A stretch of 64,000 nucleotides of DNA. Origin: Octopus sinensis (Eukaryota). The notes beneath the pieces were generated by a model. The model worked only from the letters and a program-made list of their open reading frames with translations. It did no database searches and was not told where the DNA came from. The stretch covers positions 49,290,001 through 49,354,000 of the forward strand of contig NC_043002.1 of assembly GCF_006345805.1 (NCBI RefSeq), read 5' to 3'. Both the position numbers and the translations under genes were made by a program. Positions 25,246 to 39,320 of the stretch are shown one piece after another (positions within the stretch are counted from its first letter, which is position 1; every line of letters begins with the position of its first letter).

Positions 25246-25610
25246 GCATAAATATACATACATATATATGTGTGTGTGTGTATGTATGTACGTATGTATG
25301 TATGTACGTATGTATGTACGTATGTATGTATGTATGTATGTATGTATATTTATGTGTGTTGTCTTTATGTCTATTAATATTTAATTCCAAGTTTTATTTA
25401 TGTTTAACAACTGAATGAATTTAATAAAAGCATCTAAATATGAAGCATCATGAAAATTGTTCAAACTGAAATCCTTCTTGAGTGACACATTTTTCCATTA
25501 CGAGTCAACACAGAATTACAGATACAATTTATGGAATTTTGATTTACTGTCGGGTGACTTACGGCCAACCCTGCATATAATATATATTATATATACATAT
25601 ATATACATAC

Positions 25611-26545
<935 letters not shown>

Positions 26546-26623
26546 ATATATGCATGTATATATACATGTAGATGTAGGTACGTACATATATGTTTGTATG
26601 TATGCATATATTTTTATTTATCT

Positions 26624-26668
<45 letters not shown>

Positions 26669-27020
26669 TAATAAAAAGGGTTCAGCAAAAGAATTGCCTC
26701 ACCGCATACCGAAGTTCAGAAATAGCAGCCAAAATCTTAGCCATTTCTTCTACTTTAAAAAAGGGTCTTCCAGAGAACCCAAAATACTTGAAGTTTAATC
26801 ACACACGCGGAGAGTAAAGCAACGAAAATCAATCAATATCCGATCATCCATAGACGCGCGTTTCTGAATTAGGTTTTTACATAAAGAATATTAAAAAACA
26901 TACCTTACTAACCTTATTCTTTATCAGTATGGATTTTCTGTTATAATCCGGAGGTACTAGAACATTTGAACGAATTATTTCATATAACGGTGTTTAACCG
27001 TTCGCATTCGATGTTAGTAC

Positions 27021-27241
27021 CGCTAGATTCAAAATATGAATGAGAACCGCTTAGCTTCCCTCGCCCTTCCACATGTGTCTCCTAGTAAAATTTATTGATT
27101 ACTTCTTAATTAATTAATTTTACCCTTTGTTATTATTGATAATAGAACTTTATCCCTGAGAATATGTAGCATTTTACTTGAAGACACACGTGGAAGGGCG
27201 AGGGAAGCTAAGCGGTTGTCATTCATATTTTGAATCTAGCG
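27021..27241. mobile_element. MITE-like foldback, 71-bp arms (4 mismatches), 79-bp AT-rich spacer
   Basis: cgctagattcaaaatatgaatga..agtaaaat (27021-27091) and its reverse complement (27171-27241). Confidence 0.8.
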
Positions 27242-27381
27242 AAGTTAGATTTACGAAGTTATTCCGTTTTACAGTTGTCGTATTTCGGTAATTTCAACCA
27301 ATCAATGACGTGTATTCACCTGAATAAAATTACTGCTGTTGTTTGTCAACAACAACTTCTACCAGTATACAAAGTTTGAAA

Positions 27382-27455
27382 GTGTTTAGTTACAAAAAAT
27401 TATTTTCTAAATCTGCCGGTGTTTAGTTACAAAAAATTATTTTCTAAATCTGCCG
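27382..27455 (+). repeat. Exact 37-bp tandem duplication
   Basis: gtgtttagttacaaaaaattattttctaaatctgccg twice. Confidence 0.95.
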
Positions 27456-27624
27456 GTCAAAAGGTAAAGATCCCAAACTTCTAATCCCACCAAATATCAT
27501 GAAGAAATGATTATCCCCCCCCCCCTTGTAGTAACTTTCTGTTAAGGGGCGCCACATGTTTGAAGAAAACCGTTTAATTTTACTATAAACTTGAGAATTC
27601 GTTTCTGAGTATAAAAGTGACAGA

Positions 27625-27975
27625 TCGTGGTGATGGTGATGGTGATGGTGGTGGTAGCGTCTATAGTGATAGCGGTGGTTGTGGCTGTGGTGGTGGAGGT
27701 ACTGTGATTTTAGCAGTGGTGGTGGTTGTGGTTGTGGCGGCGGCGGTGGTGGTGGTGGTTGTGGTGGTGTTGGTGGTGGTGGTAGTGGTGTTGGTGGCTG
27801 TGGTGTTGGTGGCAGTGGTGTTGGTGGTAGTGGTGGTTGTATTGGATATGGTGGTGGTGGTGGTGGTGGTAGTGGTGGCAGTGGCGGCAGCAAGTGCAGC
27901 GGTGGTGATGGCAGCAGCAGGTGCGGCAGCAAGTACAGCGGCGGTGGTGGCGGCAGCGATGGTGGTGGTGGTGGT
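27625..27975. repeat. (GGT/GGC)n low-complexity tract
   Basis: Direct reading; source of the Pro-rich and Gly-rich pseudo-ORFs. Confidence 0.9.
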
Positions 27976-28049
27976 GTTAATAATAATGCTGCTAGATCAA
28001 TGCAACCGATGATAAATATTAACTCTAACCCTGCAACGGAAATCACTAT

Positions 28050-30960
28050 TGTTCTTGCTAATTATCTAATTTGATGTTTAGCGAGTTGGCTGGATTGCTA
28101 ATTAAATTTTCCTATGGTTAATGAGATGGCTGAATTGCAACTTGCATTGCGTGATAATCAGTGAGTTGGTCGGATTGCTAATTAATTAATAATTGCATGG
28201 TGGTTAGTGAGATGGTTAGATCTTTAAATTACTTGATCTGATAACTAGAGAATTGTTTGGATTGCTAAAAGATTTATGCGACTAGTAGTGAGTTGGCTGG
28301 ATTGCTAATTGCTTCATTTGATGATTAATGAGTTAAACTGCTGATAAATTTGCCTAAAGGTTAATGATTTAGCAAGCTTGTCCAAATACTTTATGTGAGT
28401 TACTGAGCTAGCGGGATTGCTAATTACTCTGTGTGATTGTTGTAGGTTTTGTTAAATTGTTAAAATTATTTGATGATTAACAAGTTAGCTGTATTACTAA
28501 TTTCTTGATGTAATTATTAATGAGTTTGGTAGCAAATTACATTTTCTGATCGTTGGATTTCTAACTGTATGATTCATAGGTTAATTGCCATTAATGTGAG
28601 GGATATTGCTAACAGCTTTGTTGATGACTAGTATGTTGGATTCCAGATTTTGATGTTTAGCGATTAAATCTTAGAATCTGGTCGCTCTCATGCTGAGCTT
28701 CACATCGGTACGTTCACATCTACCATATCTGCCTCTAAGCTGATGTCGCGTTTCAGATCATATCTTTTTATGCGTATTTGCCGTGTTAGCATACGCCTTT
28801 CCATCGCTCCTTTGTCAGCTTCACGATTTCCTCCAGTATCTTTTTCGGTACCTTTCCAACACTTCATTTCAATAAATGACTTAAGCAACATACCCTTATT
28901 TTGAGCTCATTCAGTTTCTTTTTTCCGCTTTGATGATTCGATTCCTATACATTTCATGCAGAATACCAATAGTATTCAAAAACGTCTGATGGAATGCATT
29001 CAGTTTTTTCCTTACTGTTACACTTCATGTACTTACTGTTACGTTTCATCGAAACTTGTATCCGAGAATTGGCGAGCTTATTTACAACTATTTGCTTTAT
29101 ATGATAGTTTCTTCGTTGTCTAAATTGCTAAGAACTAATGAGATAGATGGATTTTTTTTAAAATTAATCTATTTTTTAGCTAATGAGTTGGCCAATTGCT
29201 AATAGCTTTAAGTAATGGTTATTAAGTTAGGTAGGTTGCAGATTTCGCTAATGTTGGTTTGTAAGATAGCTGGTTTGCTAATTACATGATATGACGACTC
29301 GTGAGCTAGCTGCACTGCTAGCTACATTGTATAATGACTAATAAGCTGACTGTATTTTTAACTACTTGCTTTAATAGTTAGTGCGATGCTTAGGTTGGTA
29401 ATTAATGTTTGGTTGGATTGCTAATGCATTATGTGATAGAGATTAAATAGGTCTTTAATTACGTTATTTGACAGAGTATTACTTGGATAGCCAGTTACAT
29501 TGCGTAGCTGATAATCAAATTCTTCGTTAGTTACTTACTGATGACTTTATATGGATCGCCAATCCCATTGCATAGTTGTTAGTGAGGTTCTTTGCTAATT
29601 ACTCTCTGATGGCTAGTATGTCAGCTGGGTTGCTTACGGCTTTATATGATCGCTATTGAAATAAATGGATTGCTTATTATTTCATCTTTTAGTTAATGAA
29701 GTAATCGATTGCCAATTTATTTCTTTGGTATCATAGTCATTGACTTTGCTGAATAGTTAAACATTATCTTTATTAACGGTTAGTGAGATGGCTGAATTGC
29801 TAATTGTTTTATCCGATGATTAGTAATAGTGCTTATTGCTTTATCTGATGGTTAGTGAATCAGCTAGATTGCTTATTAGTTTTAATGATAGCTAGCCATA
29901 TGTTTAGATTGCTAGCTGCTCTATGCGTGAGTGCGATGGATTGCTACTTACTTAATGAGTTGGCTGGATTGCTAATAAGGTTTTCGAGATTGTTAATTCT
30001 TTCTGTGATGCTTAGTGAGCTTAATAGCTAGTTACTTTATACGTTGATTGATGGTTGCTGGAATTCAATGTAACTGAGCTGTTTATTGGTGAGATATATA
30101 ATTTCATTATTAGTCAGGCAATTAGCGGTACAACTAGTAGCTAATTGGCTTATGTAATGTTGGCTGGATTGCTAATTAATTTATTTATGTAATGGTTAGC
30201 TTAATGGATAGCCGGCTTATCACCTTACTTGGTAGTTAGCCAATTGGCTGGTTTGCTAATTAATATGGCGATCGGAGAGTTGATTGAATTGTAATTGGTT
30301 TATATGATGTTTCGGAAAGTAGTTGGATTACTAATTAGTAATTTTATATTTTGCATATTAGATGGAGTACTCAAATGTTTTTGTGTTTACTAATTACTTG
30401 ATTAAATTCCTTAGTACATCAGTAGGGTCAATTTATTTCATTTTTAGTTTTGGGATTTTTCCTAATTTTTTTTTTTTTTTGTTTTGTTTTCGTGATCAAT
30501 CTTGTGAAATACTTTAATTATTGATTTTCCTAATTTTACTCGTTTAATAAATGGTTGCAACAGTTATGACTAAAAAGATTTGTCAATCCACCTCATGGTC
30601 CCGCGAACAAAATGGAAAATGCGTTCCCCGGATGACGACGAGAGAGACGCGCTGAAACAACCTCTCCGACTCGGGTGTCTGTTAAGTACATTATCTGATG
30701 GCCAGTGAATTGGTGTGGTCGTTAGTTAAATTGTCAAAGTGCTAATTATCTTTTCTTGGCTGGATTGTTAATTGCTTTATGTCACCTCTAGCGAGCTTGA
30801 TTGCTAGTTACTTTATCTGATACGCAGGGAGTTGGTTTTGTTGCTAATTATTTAACGTTGCAGTTGACAATTTAACTTAGATTGCTAATTAGTTAATGTA
30901 GCAGGTAGATATTTGACTGGACTATCAATTAGCTCGTCTGATGTTTAACCCTTTAGCTGT
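28050..30960 (+). repeat. Degenerate ~40-bp satellite, core gagttggctggattgctaatt
   Basis: Core starts at 28083, 28123, 28163, 28209, about 28249, 28290 and 28330, and recurs at 29957 and about 30157. Interrupted at about 28680-29110 and 30430-30690. Confidence 0.8.
28680..28960 (-). mobile_element. Possible decayed RTE-like LINE RT C-terminal fragment
   Basis: ORF 28700-28891 contains AMERRMLTRQIRIKRYD...VDV, resembling the RTE xMERxML...DRIRN region. Confidence 0.35.
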
Positions 30961-31067
30961 CCTTTGTATCCCACGTAATACACAAAATATATTTCCCTGG
31001 TGTCCATGCATCATATACGATAAACACTCCCAATCTTTTTCAACTACCAGAGTAACTTGTGAGTTAT

Positions 31068-31425
31068 GTGAGGGCGCATGGCTCAGTGGTTAGAGCGTCA
31101 GGCTCACAATCATGAGATAGTGGGTTCGATTCCCGGACCGGGCTGTGTGTTGTGTTCTTGAACAAGACGCTTTATTTCACGTTGCTCTAGTTCACTCAGC
31201 TGTAGAAATGAGTTGCGATGTCACTGGAGTCAAGCTGTATCGGCCTTTGCCTTACCCTTGGATTACATCGGTGGCGTGGAGTGGTGATGCTGGTATGTGT
31301 GAGCGACTGCTGTGTCTTCCATAGACAAACTTGCCTGGACTTGTGCCTCGGAGGGTAACTTTCTAGATGCTATCCCATGGTCATTCATGACCGAAGTGGG
31401 TCTTTACCTTTTACCTTTTACCTTT
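31068..31425 (+). mobile_element. tRNA-derived SINE family C, full length, (TTTACC)n tail
   Basis: A box ggctcagtggttagagc, B box gggttcgattccc, body gtgttcttgaacaagac..ttcactcagctg..aaatgag; homologous to 61200-61516. Confidence 0.9.
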
Positions 31426-32984
31426 TTATATAAAGAAGTTATATTACTCAGAACGTATGAAACAAGGACTAACTAGAAGATTGAAGACAAGCACTGGTTT
31501 TTAAAGGACAAAATTATGGAAATGTTTTGGATTGGCAAAGTGTTAATACGTTGGCGAAATTATTTTAGCTGATTCCTAATGATTTCGTTGGATTTCTCGT
31601 TACTTTACATAATGATTAATATCAATGTACATGTTTGTTAAATTGTTTGCATTGCTACTTTTTAATTTGAAAGCTAGTAGCTTAATTTGCTTGCTAATTA
31701 CTCGAACCCATTTGATTATTAGTCAACTTGCTGGATTGTTAAATATAATTGATATTTTATCAGCTTGATTTAAATCCAGCAATGCAGTTGGTTTGGCGAA
31801 TTGAAAAGATCGTTACCGCGACGGACAACCCCAGTGGCATTAGAACTTAGCGGAATTTCTTCCGACATTACATTCTAAGTTCTAATGCTGCTGGGGTTCT
31901 GAGTTCTAATGCTTCCTCCCCCGAAATTGCTGGCCTTGTGCCAAAATTTTAAGACATCGTTATTACACAGATATAAACATACACTTTCTGTCTTTTCTCT
32001 TTCCCTCTTCTCCCCTTCTCTCTGTCTCACACACACGCACATGCATGCACATAAGCACTCTCTGGTCTTATATTGCTCACTCTCTGACGAAAGAAAATAA
32101 TCTGAAGCGTTAAGAATTTTCACTCATCAAAGCAACTGAACTTATCATTTTCTTCTCTCTCTCTTTCTCTCTCTCTCTCACTCACCTCTCTCTCTCACTC
32201 TGTCTCACCTCCTCTCTCTCTCTCTCTCTCACTCTGTCTCGCCTCTCTCTTTCTCTAACTCTATCTCGCCTTTATCTCTCTCTACTTCATACTCTCTCCC
32301 TCCCCTCTCCTCCTCACTCTCTCACGCACACACAGATACACACATGCGCTCTCTGTCCCCCTCTTCCTCACTCTTTGGCAAAAGAAAAAATCCGAGGCGT
32401 TAAAATCTTCTCTCATCATGGCTATTAAACTTATCACACTCTTCTGCGAACTTTCTTATGAACTGTTTGGTGGATGTTGTTGCTGGTTTACCACTTAATA
32501 AAACTGATTGATGGTATAATGGCGAATTAATTACATGGTTATAATACTTGATTTGGATTGCAAGTGGCGTAATTGGTTTATTAATTAGTGATTAATGGTT
32601 TTATTCTTAATTAACGTTCTTGCTGTTGTGTAGCCCCTGTCATAACTGTCCGAGTAAATCTAAGTCACATAAGTAATAGAGCAGCCAGGTGCGATCCGCA
32701 CATACACTATTCGCTCCAGATATACCATACGTCTGAACAGATAACAACGACACTATTATCATCTGTTCGTGCAATGGTCATTAATTTGATGTTTAGTTGA
32801 TGTATTGGGCTACTGATGGTTAACTGATGATTGTATTATTTTCTGCTACTTACAAAGTTCTCATATACTGATGCATTACTAATGTGAAAGCCATCGTGGT
32901 AGCTTCTATGCAATCACTCGACCCGCTATACCACAGCAGCCGAATCACTAATCGAATCATACCATATCGTCAGACTGAATACAC

Positions 32985-33213
32985 TGAATATTTTGGTCCA
33001 AAATATACTGAAACTTTGTGGGGTGGGGTGGGGTGGGGGCTAGTCGATTACAATGCTCGACCCCAGTGCTCGACTAGTACTTAAATTGTTGACCCCGAAA
33101 AGATGAAAAGCAAACTCGACCTCGGCAGAATTTGAACTCAAAACGTAAGGACAGACGACATTCTTTTAAGCATTTTTCCCGGTGTGCTAAAGATTCTGTC
33201 AGCTCGCCGCCTT
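32985..33213 (-). mobile_element. SINE family F (A-type head, alternative 3' end)
   Basis: Reverse complement of the A head and body, followed by a gactagccccc-type tail. Confidence 0.8.
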
Positions 33214-33999
33214 ATAATGTTGTCCAAGACAGATTGTGCTTGAAATTAGCTACCATATAAAGCGGTGTTTTTTTTAACTGTTAAAAGTTAAGTTCTTTAG
33301 ATATGAATGGACTCACACTAAGAAAGACAGGCTGAATGCAAGTTGTTGTTTGGCCCCAAATCAATGTCAGCTCTCCCTGTGCTCTTGAGCAAATTGGGCA
33401 GCAATTCAACATCATTGGTTTCTGTTGGCAGCAGTTATTTCTGTATCGAGCCATTTGATATTGGCCTCTTTAATATCAGTCCTGAATGTAATTTTGGGGC
33501 TTCCCCTTTTTTCCCTTCCCTTAACGTCTATTTAAAAGCTGTTTTAGAATGGCATTGTTCTGGTAACTGGGGTATGTGACTTGATGTTTGCCACTGTCAC
33601 ACAAGCAGTGTCATTCATTCTCAATTTTCTGCAAAAACCTGTCAGGCCAAGGGGAAATAATACTTAGCTTAGAAGCATAATGGTTGGTGATAGGAAGGGG
33701 ATCTAGCTGTAGAAAATTTACCTAAATAAATCCACTTACAATTTTATTCTAGTGGACGCCCTTCGCAATTCGATGTTTAAAAGCTAGTTTTATAGAGACT
33801 TCTTTCAAAATTCCTATTTAGTTATTCACTCATTTACTTGTGTAGGTTGAACTACCAAAAATGTTACAGAAAGAAACCTACCTGTTTCTTGTATTACATA
33901 CATTTAAATCAAACTCATCGTGGACTCTTAAAATACTAGTGTGGACCCCGTCTTTTACTATTTTGCTAGCGTGGACCCCAAAATATCGTATATAGACCC

Positions 34000-34310
34000 C
34001 GGTTGACAACTTACTGAGATAAAGTTAACACTGGCCATCAGAAAGTAACTATCAAAGAATCTGATTAACTGCTACGCATTGTGACTGGCAAACTAATTAA
34101 TATTCTATCAAATAACGTCCTTAAAAATCTATTAAATTTCCATTACATAAAACATTAGCAATTCCGGCCAAATACTTAATAGCAACCTAGCTATCGTACT
34201 AACCATTAAACCAAGTAATTAAATATTCAGACAACTCGCTAGTCCTCACACAAAGTAGTTAACAATCCATCTAACTCAAGAATTGTTACATTATGTAATT
34301 AGAAAACCGT
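34000..34310 (-). repeat. Inverted block of the ~40-bp satellite
   Basis: Reverse complement reads gagttagatggattgttaact...gagttgtctgaatatttaatt...ggccggaattgctaat. Confidence 0.65.
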
Positions 34311-34338
34311 TGTGGGTTGGTTAAGGATGGAGCGTGTT

Positions 34339-34571
34339 AAGGCGGCAAGCTGGCAGAAACGTTAGCATGCCGGGCGAAATGCTTAGCAGTATTTCGTCTG
34401 CCGTTACGTTCTGAGTTCAAATTCCGCCGAGGTCAACTTTGCCTTTCATCCTTTCGGGGTCGAATAAATAAGTACCAGTTACGCACTAGGGTCGATATAA
34501 TCGACTTAATCCGTTTGTCTGTCCTTGTTTGTCCCCTCTGTGTTTAGCCCCTTGTGGGTAGTAAAGAAATA
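34339..34571 (+). mobile_element. SINE family A monomer with perfect 20-bp TSD
   Basis: ggttaaggatggagcgtgtt at 34319-34338 and 34572-34591. Confidence 0.95.
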
Positions 34572-34624
34572 GGTTAAGGATGGAGCGTGTTTCGTCATAG
34601 GTGTAATTGACCAATACTGGCCAT

Positions 34625-34643
34625 CGCCATCATCATCATCAGC

Positions 34644-34718
<75 letters not shown>
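34625..34718. repeat. (CAT)n-(CAG)n microsatellite
   Basis: Direct reading. Confidence 0.95.
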
Positions 34719-34813
34719 TAAAACTAATTACGTACTAGTCGCGTACTGAGGTCGATGCAATCGACTTGCCTCCTTTCTTGAAATTACCGGCGCTGTGCCG
34801 GTAATTAAAAACT

Positions 34814-35136
34814 GGCGCTCCATCGATTACGACAACGAGGGTTCCACTTGATCCGATCAACAGATCTACCTGCTCGTGGAATTTACGTGCAAATGGCAGA
34901 GCATTCCACAGACACGCCTACCCATAACATAGTTCTCAAGGAGATTCGGCGTGATACAGAATGTGACAAGGCTGGCCCTTTGAAATACAGGTACCACTCA
35001 TTTTCGGCAACTGAGTGAACTGGATCAACTTGAAATAAAGTATCTTACACAAGGACAGAACGCGTCGCCGGGAATCGAACTCGTGACCTCGCGATCTTGA
35101 GCCGAATACCTTAGCCACTAAGCCACGCGCCATCAC
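34814..35136 (-). mobile_element. SINE family D, full length
   Basis: Reverse complement head gtgatggcgcgtggcttagtggctaagg..gagttcgattcccgg. Confidence 0.88.
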
Positions 35137-35576
35137 AGAAAGGATTACCAAGTATGTATACACATGCTACACATCATCCCATTCTGAGAATGTCAACACG
35201 GTCAACCGACCTGCTAGAAATAGCAACTAAATCACACTCAATCATCTTAACAATAGAAATAGCACATTGGATAAGAGATTTTACACGACACCTGAGAACT
35301 ACGATGTGGTGATTACAGTTATAACACCCTAATTCATAGAACTGGTTGATTAGGGTTGTCCTGTTGTTAAATAGCCACAATAACAATATGTAATTATTTG
35401 TAATGATTGTTAGATAATTGGTAGTGTGACTAATTACGTTCACGCAATTGCAGTTGCTAAGTGATAAACGGTGTTGAATTCAGAAAGGGTAGAAAAATGG
35501 GAATTGTGACGCCTATAATATTCATAAAGAATTTTAGCCGTAGGTGAAGGCGTGGCTATAGGTACAGGCGTGGCTA

Positions 35577-35990
35577 TAGGCGCAGGTGTGGCTGTGTGGT
35601 AAGAAGTTTGCTTCCCAACCACATGGTCCCGGGTTCAGTTCTACGGCGTGGTACCTTGGATAAGTGTCTTCTCCTATTGCCTCGGGCCGACCATAGCCCT
35701 GTGAGTGGATTTGATAGACGGAAACTGAAAGAAGCCCGTCGTATGTATATGTGTATGTAAATATATTTATGTGCGTGTCTCTTTGTGTCTGTGTTTGTAT
35801 GCCCTCCCTCCCCCCATCGCTTGACAACCGCTGTTAGTGTGTTAATGTTCCCGAAACTTAACGGTTTGGCAAAAGAGACCGATAGAATAAGTACTAAGCT
35901 TACAAAGAATAAGTTCTGGGATCGATTTCTTTGACTAAAGGTGGTGCTTCAGCATGGCAGCAATGAAATGACTGAACTGTGTAAGAGAGT
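35577..35990 (+). mobile_element. SINE family B, full length, preceded by two extra head copies
   Basis: B body and tail; 18-bp units at 35541, 35559 and 35577. Confidence 0.9.
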
Positions 35991-36119
35991 ATATATATGA
36001 AGTGGAAGATGCACAACCAGATATCGAAACCGTGCTGCCAGTTTGATTCATAGGGACTGGTATCAACTCTGATTCTTTTTCCGCTTGTTTATGATCTCCG
36101 CACTTTTCTCCTTCTCACT

Positions 36120-36992
36120 TTCATTCAAAAACACACACACTCTCTCTCTTTCTCTCTCTCTTTCTATCCCTCACTCTTTCTCTCTCTCTCTCTCTCTCCC
36201 TTTCTCTCTCTCTCTCTCTCTCTCTCTCCCATTCGTTGTCTTCTCATCTCTATCTTTTAATACACATCTCGTAATTTATCTCTCTCACTTATGTCTGTAA
36301 TGTGATTCTCTCTGTAATACGATTCTCTCTGATTCTCTCTTCACGCACACATATAGATCCACCCATCCACACACACACAGACACACACACGCACACATTC
36401 TCTCTCTCTCTCTCCCTTTCTCTGTCTGTCTGTCTCTTTTTTTTTCTCTCTCTCTCTTTTTCCCCACACAAACATAAACTACAGTAATATATACGCATAC
36501 AGTTTATTCTCACCAAAAAAACAATCACGAATACAGACACAAAAAACTAACACACACACAAACGCATAATCAGTAACAGAAACACACACACATTCACACA
36601 CAAACTAACATACACGCAGACACAGACACAACACAGACACAACACGCACACACACACAAACACAGACACAGACACACACACACACACCACCACCTCTGTT
36701 CAAATACGTACATGCACATAGGTAAGCTTAGAAACTGACCAGTGGTGGAAGCTGCACGAAGACTTGATGAGCGCATGCGTTTCAATTTGAGCGCGAAACA
36801 CCGTTTGCTTGTAACGTTGCTGTGACAATGCCGATGAGTTAGAGTTTTTACTTAACCTTGCACACAAAAAAAGGTCAACTAGGTGGACTTATAGCAGTGA
36901 AGAGAGAGCTGGGCGAAGTTTTTAACGCAGAAAGATCGAAAACGAAGGTCAAGCATTGTATATGAGTAATAATGCAAAATATATTAGTTAGG

Positions 36993-37024
<32 letters not shown>

Positions 37025-37025
37025 C

Positions 37026-37086
<61 letters not shown>

Positions 37087-37135
37087 ATCTATCTATCTAT
37101 CTATCTCTATCTCTCTCTCTCTCTATCTATCTCTA

Positions 37136-37199
<64 letters not shown>

Positions 37200-37660
37200 G
37201 ATATTTCTCTCTCGCTTGTTCACTCACTGACTCCCTTCTCTGTCACTTTCATCATATCCCTCCCATCTACTCTCTTGTGTATCTTACCTTCAGTCTTCCT
37301 TCATTTTCTTCCTCTCTCTCTCTTTTCTGTTATTTTTATCTCTCTCTCTAAATATGTTATTAACCCACCCCCCATACAGATACATAAACGCACTACACAA
37401 ACATACACACGCGCACGCACACACATATATGTAGAATAAAAAAGTACTTCAAAAAGTAGTGTTTATATTATTTACTCAATGTATATGTAGTGTGTGTGTG
37501 TGTCTATGTATGTGTGTGTGTCCATGTGTGTGTCCATGTGTGTGTGTGTATATATATATACATATTATACACGCGCGTGCGCATACACACACACACACCA
37601 CACACACACACACGTAGGTATGTAGGTATATCTGCACAAATATGCAGGCTGGGTCAGCTA
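36120..37660. repeat. Compound microsatellites (CT)n, (CA)n, (TATC)n, (TG)n
   Basis: Direct reading, with short unique spacers. Confidence 0.85.
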
Positions 37661-37769
37661 TTTGAGAATAAAATTTTAATTTAAGTAAAACAAAATATAT
37701 TTCTTAGAAAAACCAGTATGTCTTTATAGAATTTCGTATCCAAATTCTTACATACAAATACCCAAAGGT

Positions 37770-38990
37770 CATTCAATATAAAAGAAAACGCCCTCGATTA
37801 CTGCCTGGATGCGGCTTCTGAAACAAGTAAATGCATTGACGAGGTGACTTTATTGATGTTGGCCATAACTTACCCAATATCAGATATCAACGAGTCCTTG
37901 ATATTGTGGGCACACTTGTTGATCTCCCACTCAAAGGCGTGTCAGACGCAGTAGTCGAGGAGGTTTCAATCTGGAGAGATAGGAGGCCAAATGTTTGGGG
38001 TAACATTATCAGGAAAATTTTAGGTCAACCACTCTTGGGTCGCGCTGGCTGAGTGAGAGGAGGAAGTGTCTTCCTGGAACACATAAAACCTCTCGATCCA
38101 GAGTTTGACAACCGTCTCTATTGTCACGATAAAGACAACTGTACTGATCATAAGATCTTGTGGAAAAAAAGTGAAGAGCATGGCGTAGCCCTCATTGCTC
38201 ATGACACCCAAGATCATCACAGACAACAGGAACTTGGTTTGCATAACAGTAGGTAATCCAGTGGGACTGCCACAGAGCCATCTCTTATTTCTCCTGTTCC
38301 CTCTTGGACAAAGTTCTTCTCATCTGCGTAAAACCAGAGCATGTCGGTCTCGCTGGGGTGCTTAAGTTTGCCCAGCAAGCGCTTCGGCCAAATAACACAA
38401 TTTTCCAAGATCTTATTCGATATGCTCTGCCTTCTCGTAACACAGGATGGTATCACACGTCTAAAAGTTGACTGTGAGGTAAAGGTTACCTTCTTGAGTT
38501 ATGCTGACTCATAAGGGCCAATTTCCCGGTTTCTATGGCGTATAAATTCCTTACCTGGACGGGACATCGGCCCGTCGCAGGATTACTTATTTTTCTCAGC
38601 TGAGTGGCCTGGAGCAACGTGAAATTAAGTGTTCTGCTTAAGAAAACAACGCGTCATCCGATCCAGGAATTAAAACCACACTCTTACAATCATGAGTCCA
38701 ACACTCTAACCACTAAGCCATGCGCCTCCACAAGCGTTGACTGTGACACATGAAGATGACTGACAACGGCTCTTAATAACTTGTTGGGATCCTCATTGAT
38801 TATGCTCTTAACTTGTTGGACAAAAAAAGACTTTTCTGACAATATCTGACCGTCAAAAAATTTCTTCTTTCGCCACTTGAGACACATTCCCGCTAGAGGC
38901 CAAGAGGTCTCTTCTGATCCTAAACACATATTTAAGATGGCTGCAATCTCAGAATCCCTTTAGTTGGCATTTAAGTTGATGAGAACGGCA
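37770..38990 (-). mobile_element. Decayed Tc1/mariner-superfamily transposase (DD37D/maT-like), split by a SINE
   Basis: KRLLGKLKHPSETDMLWFYADEKNF, TKFLLSVMILGVMSNEG, YVFQEDTSSSH, TQEWL, IWPPISPD*NLLDY; N-terminal IINEDPNKLLRAV beyond the SINE. Confidence 0.8.
38478..38735 (-). mobile_element. tRNA-derived SINE family E with 11-bp TSD
   Basis: Reverse complement head gtggaggcgcatggcttagtggttagag; gttgactgtga at 38467-38477 and 38736-38746. Confidence 0.85.
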
Positions 38991-39110
38991 TAACTTTTAG
39001 CCGTCTAAGTTACATTCTTAGCTTCCATGTTCATGCTGAAAAAAAAAAGAGGATATTTAGTTAAAGTTTCGGTCACTTCTGATTCTCAAAAGTTTCATTC
39101 TAAAACAGCT

Positions 39111-39320
39111 GAGGTGAAGGTTACCTTCTTGAGTCATGCTGACTCATAAGGGTCGGTTTGGCGTATAAATTCCTCACCTGGACGGGACACCGATCCGTTG
39201 CAGGATTACTCATTTTTCTCAGTAGGGTGGACTGGAGCAACGTGAAATGAAGTGTGTTGCTTAAGAAAACAGTACGCCACCCGATCCAGGAATTGAAACC
39301 ACAATCGTACGATCATGAAA
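39111..39320 (-). mobile_element. SINE family E, second copy lacking the head
   Basis: Homologous to 38478-38700. Confidence 0.8.

Noticed and set aside
28083-28350. CRISPR-like repeat-spacer appearance
   Set aside because: Eukaryotic context, no cas genes, repeats are degenerate, and the spacers are short and related to one another; treated as a satellite.
31073-31142. Possible tRNA gene (also the heads at 34341, 40086 and 53758)
   Set aside because: A and B boxes are present but the acceptor stem is not closed, and each continues into a SINE body with a tail or TSD.
36762-36820. TTGATGA-gcgc...gcgc-GAAA hammerhead look-alike
   Set aside because: C3 is replaced and no stem I can be formed in register; could be chance.
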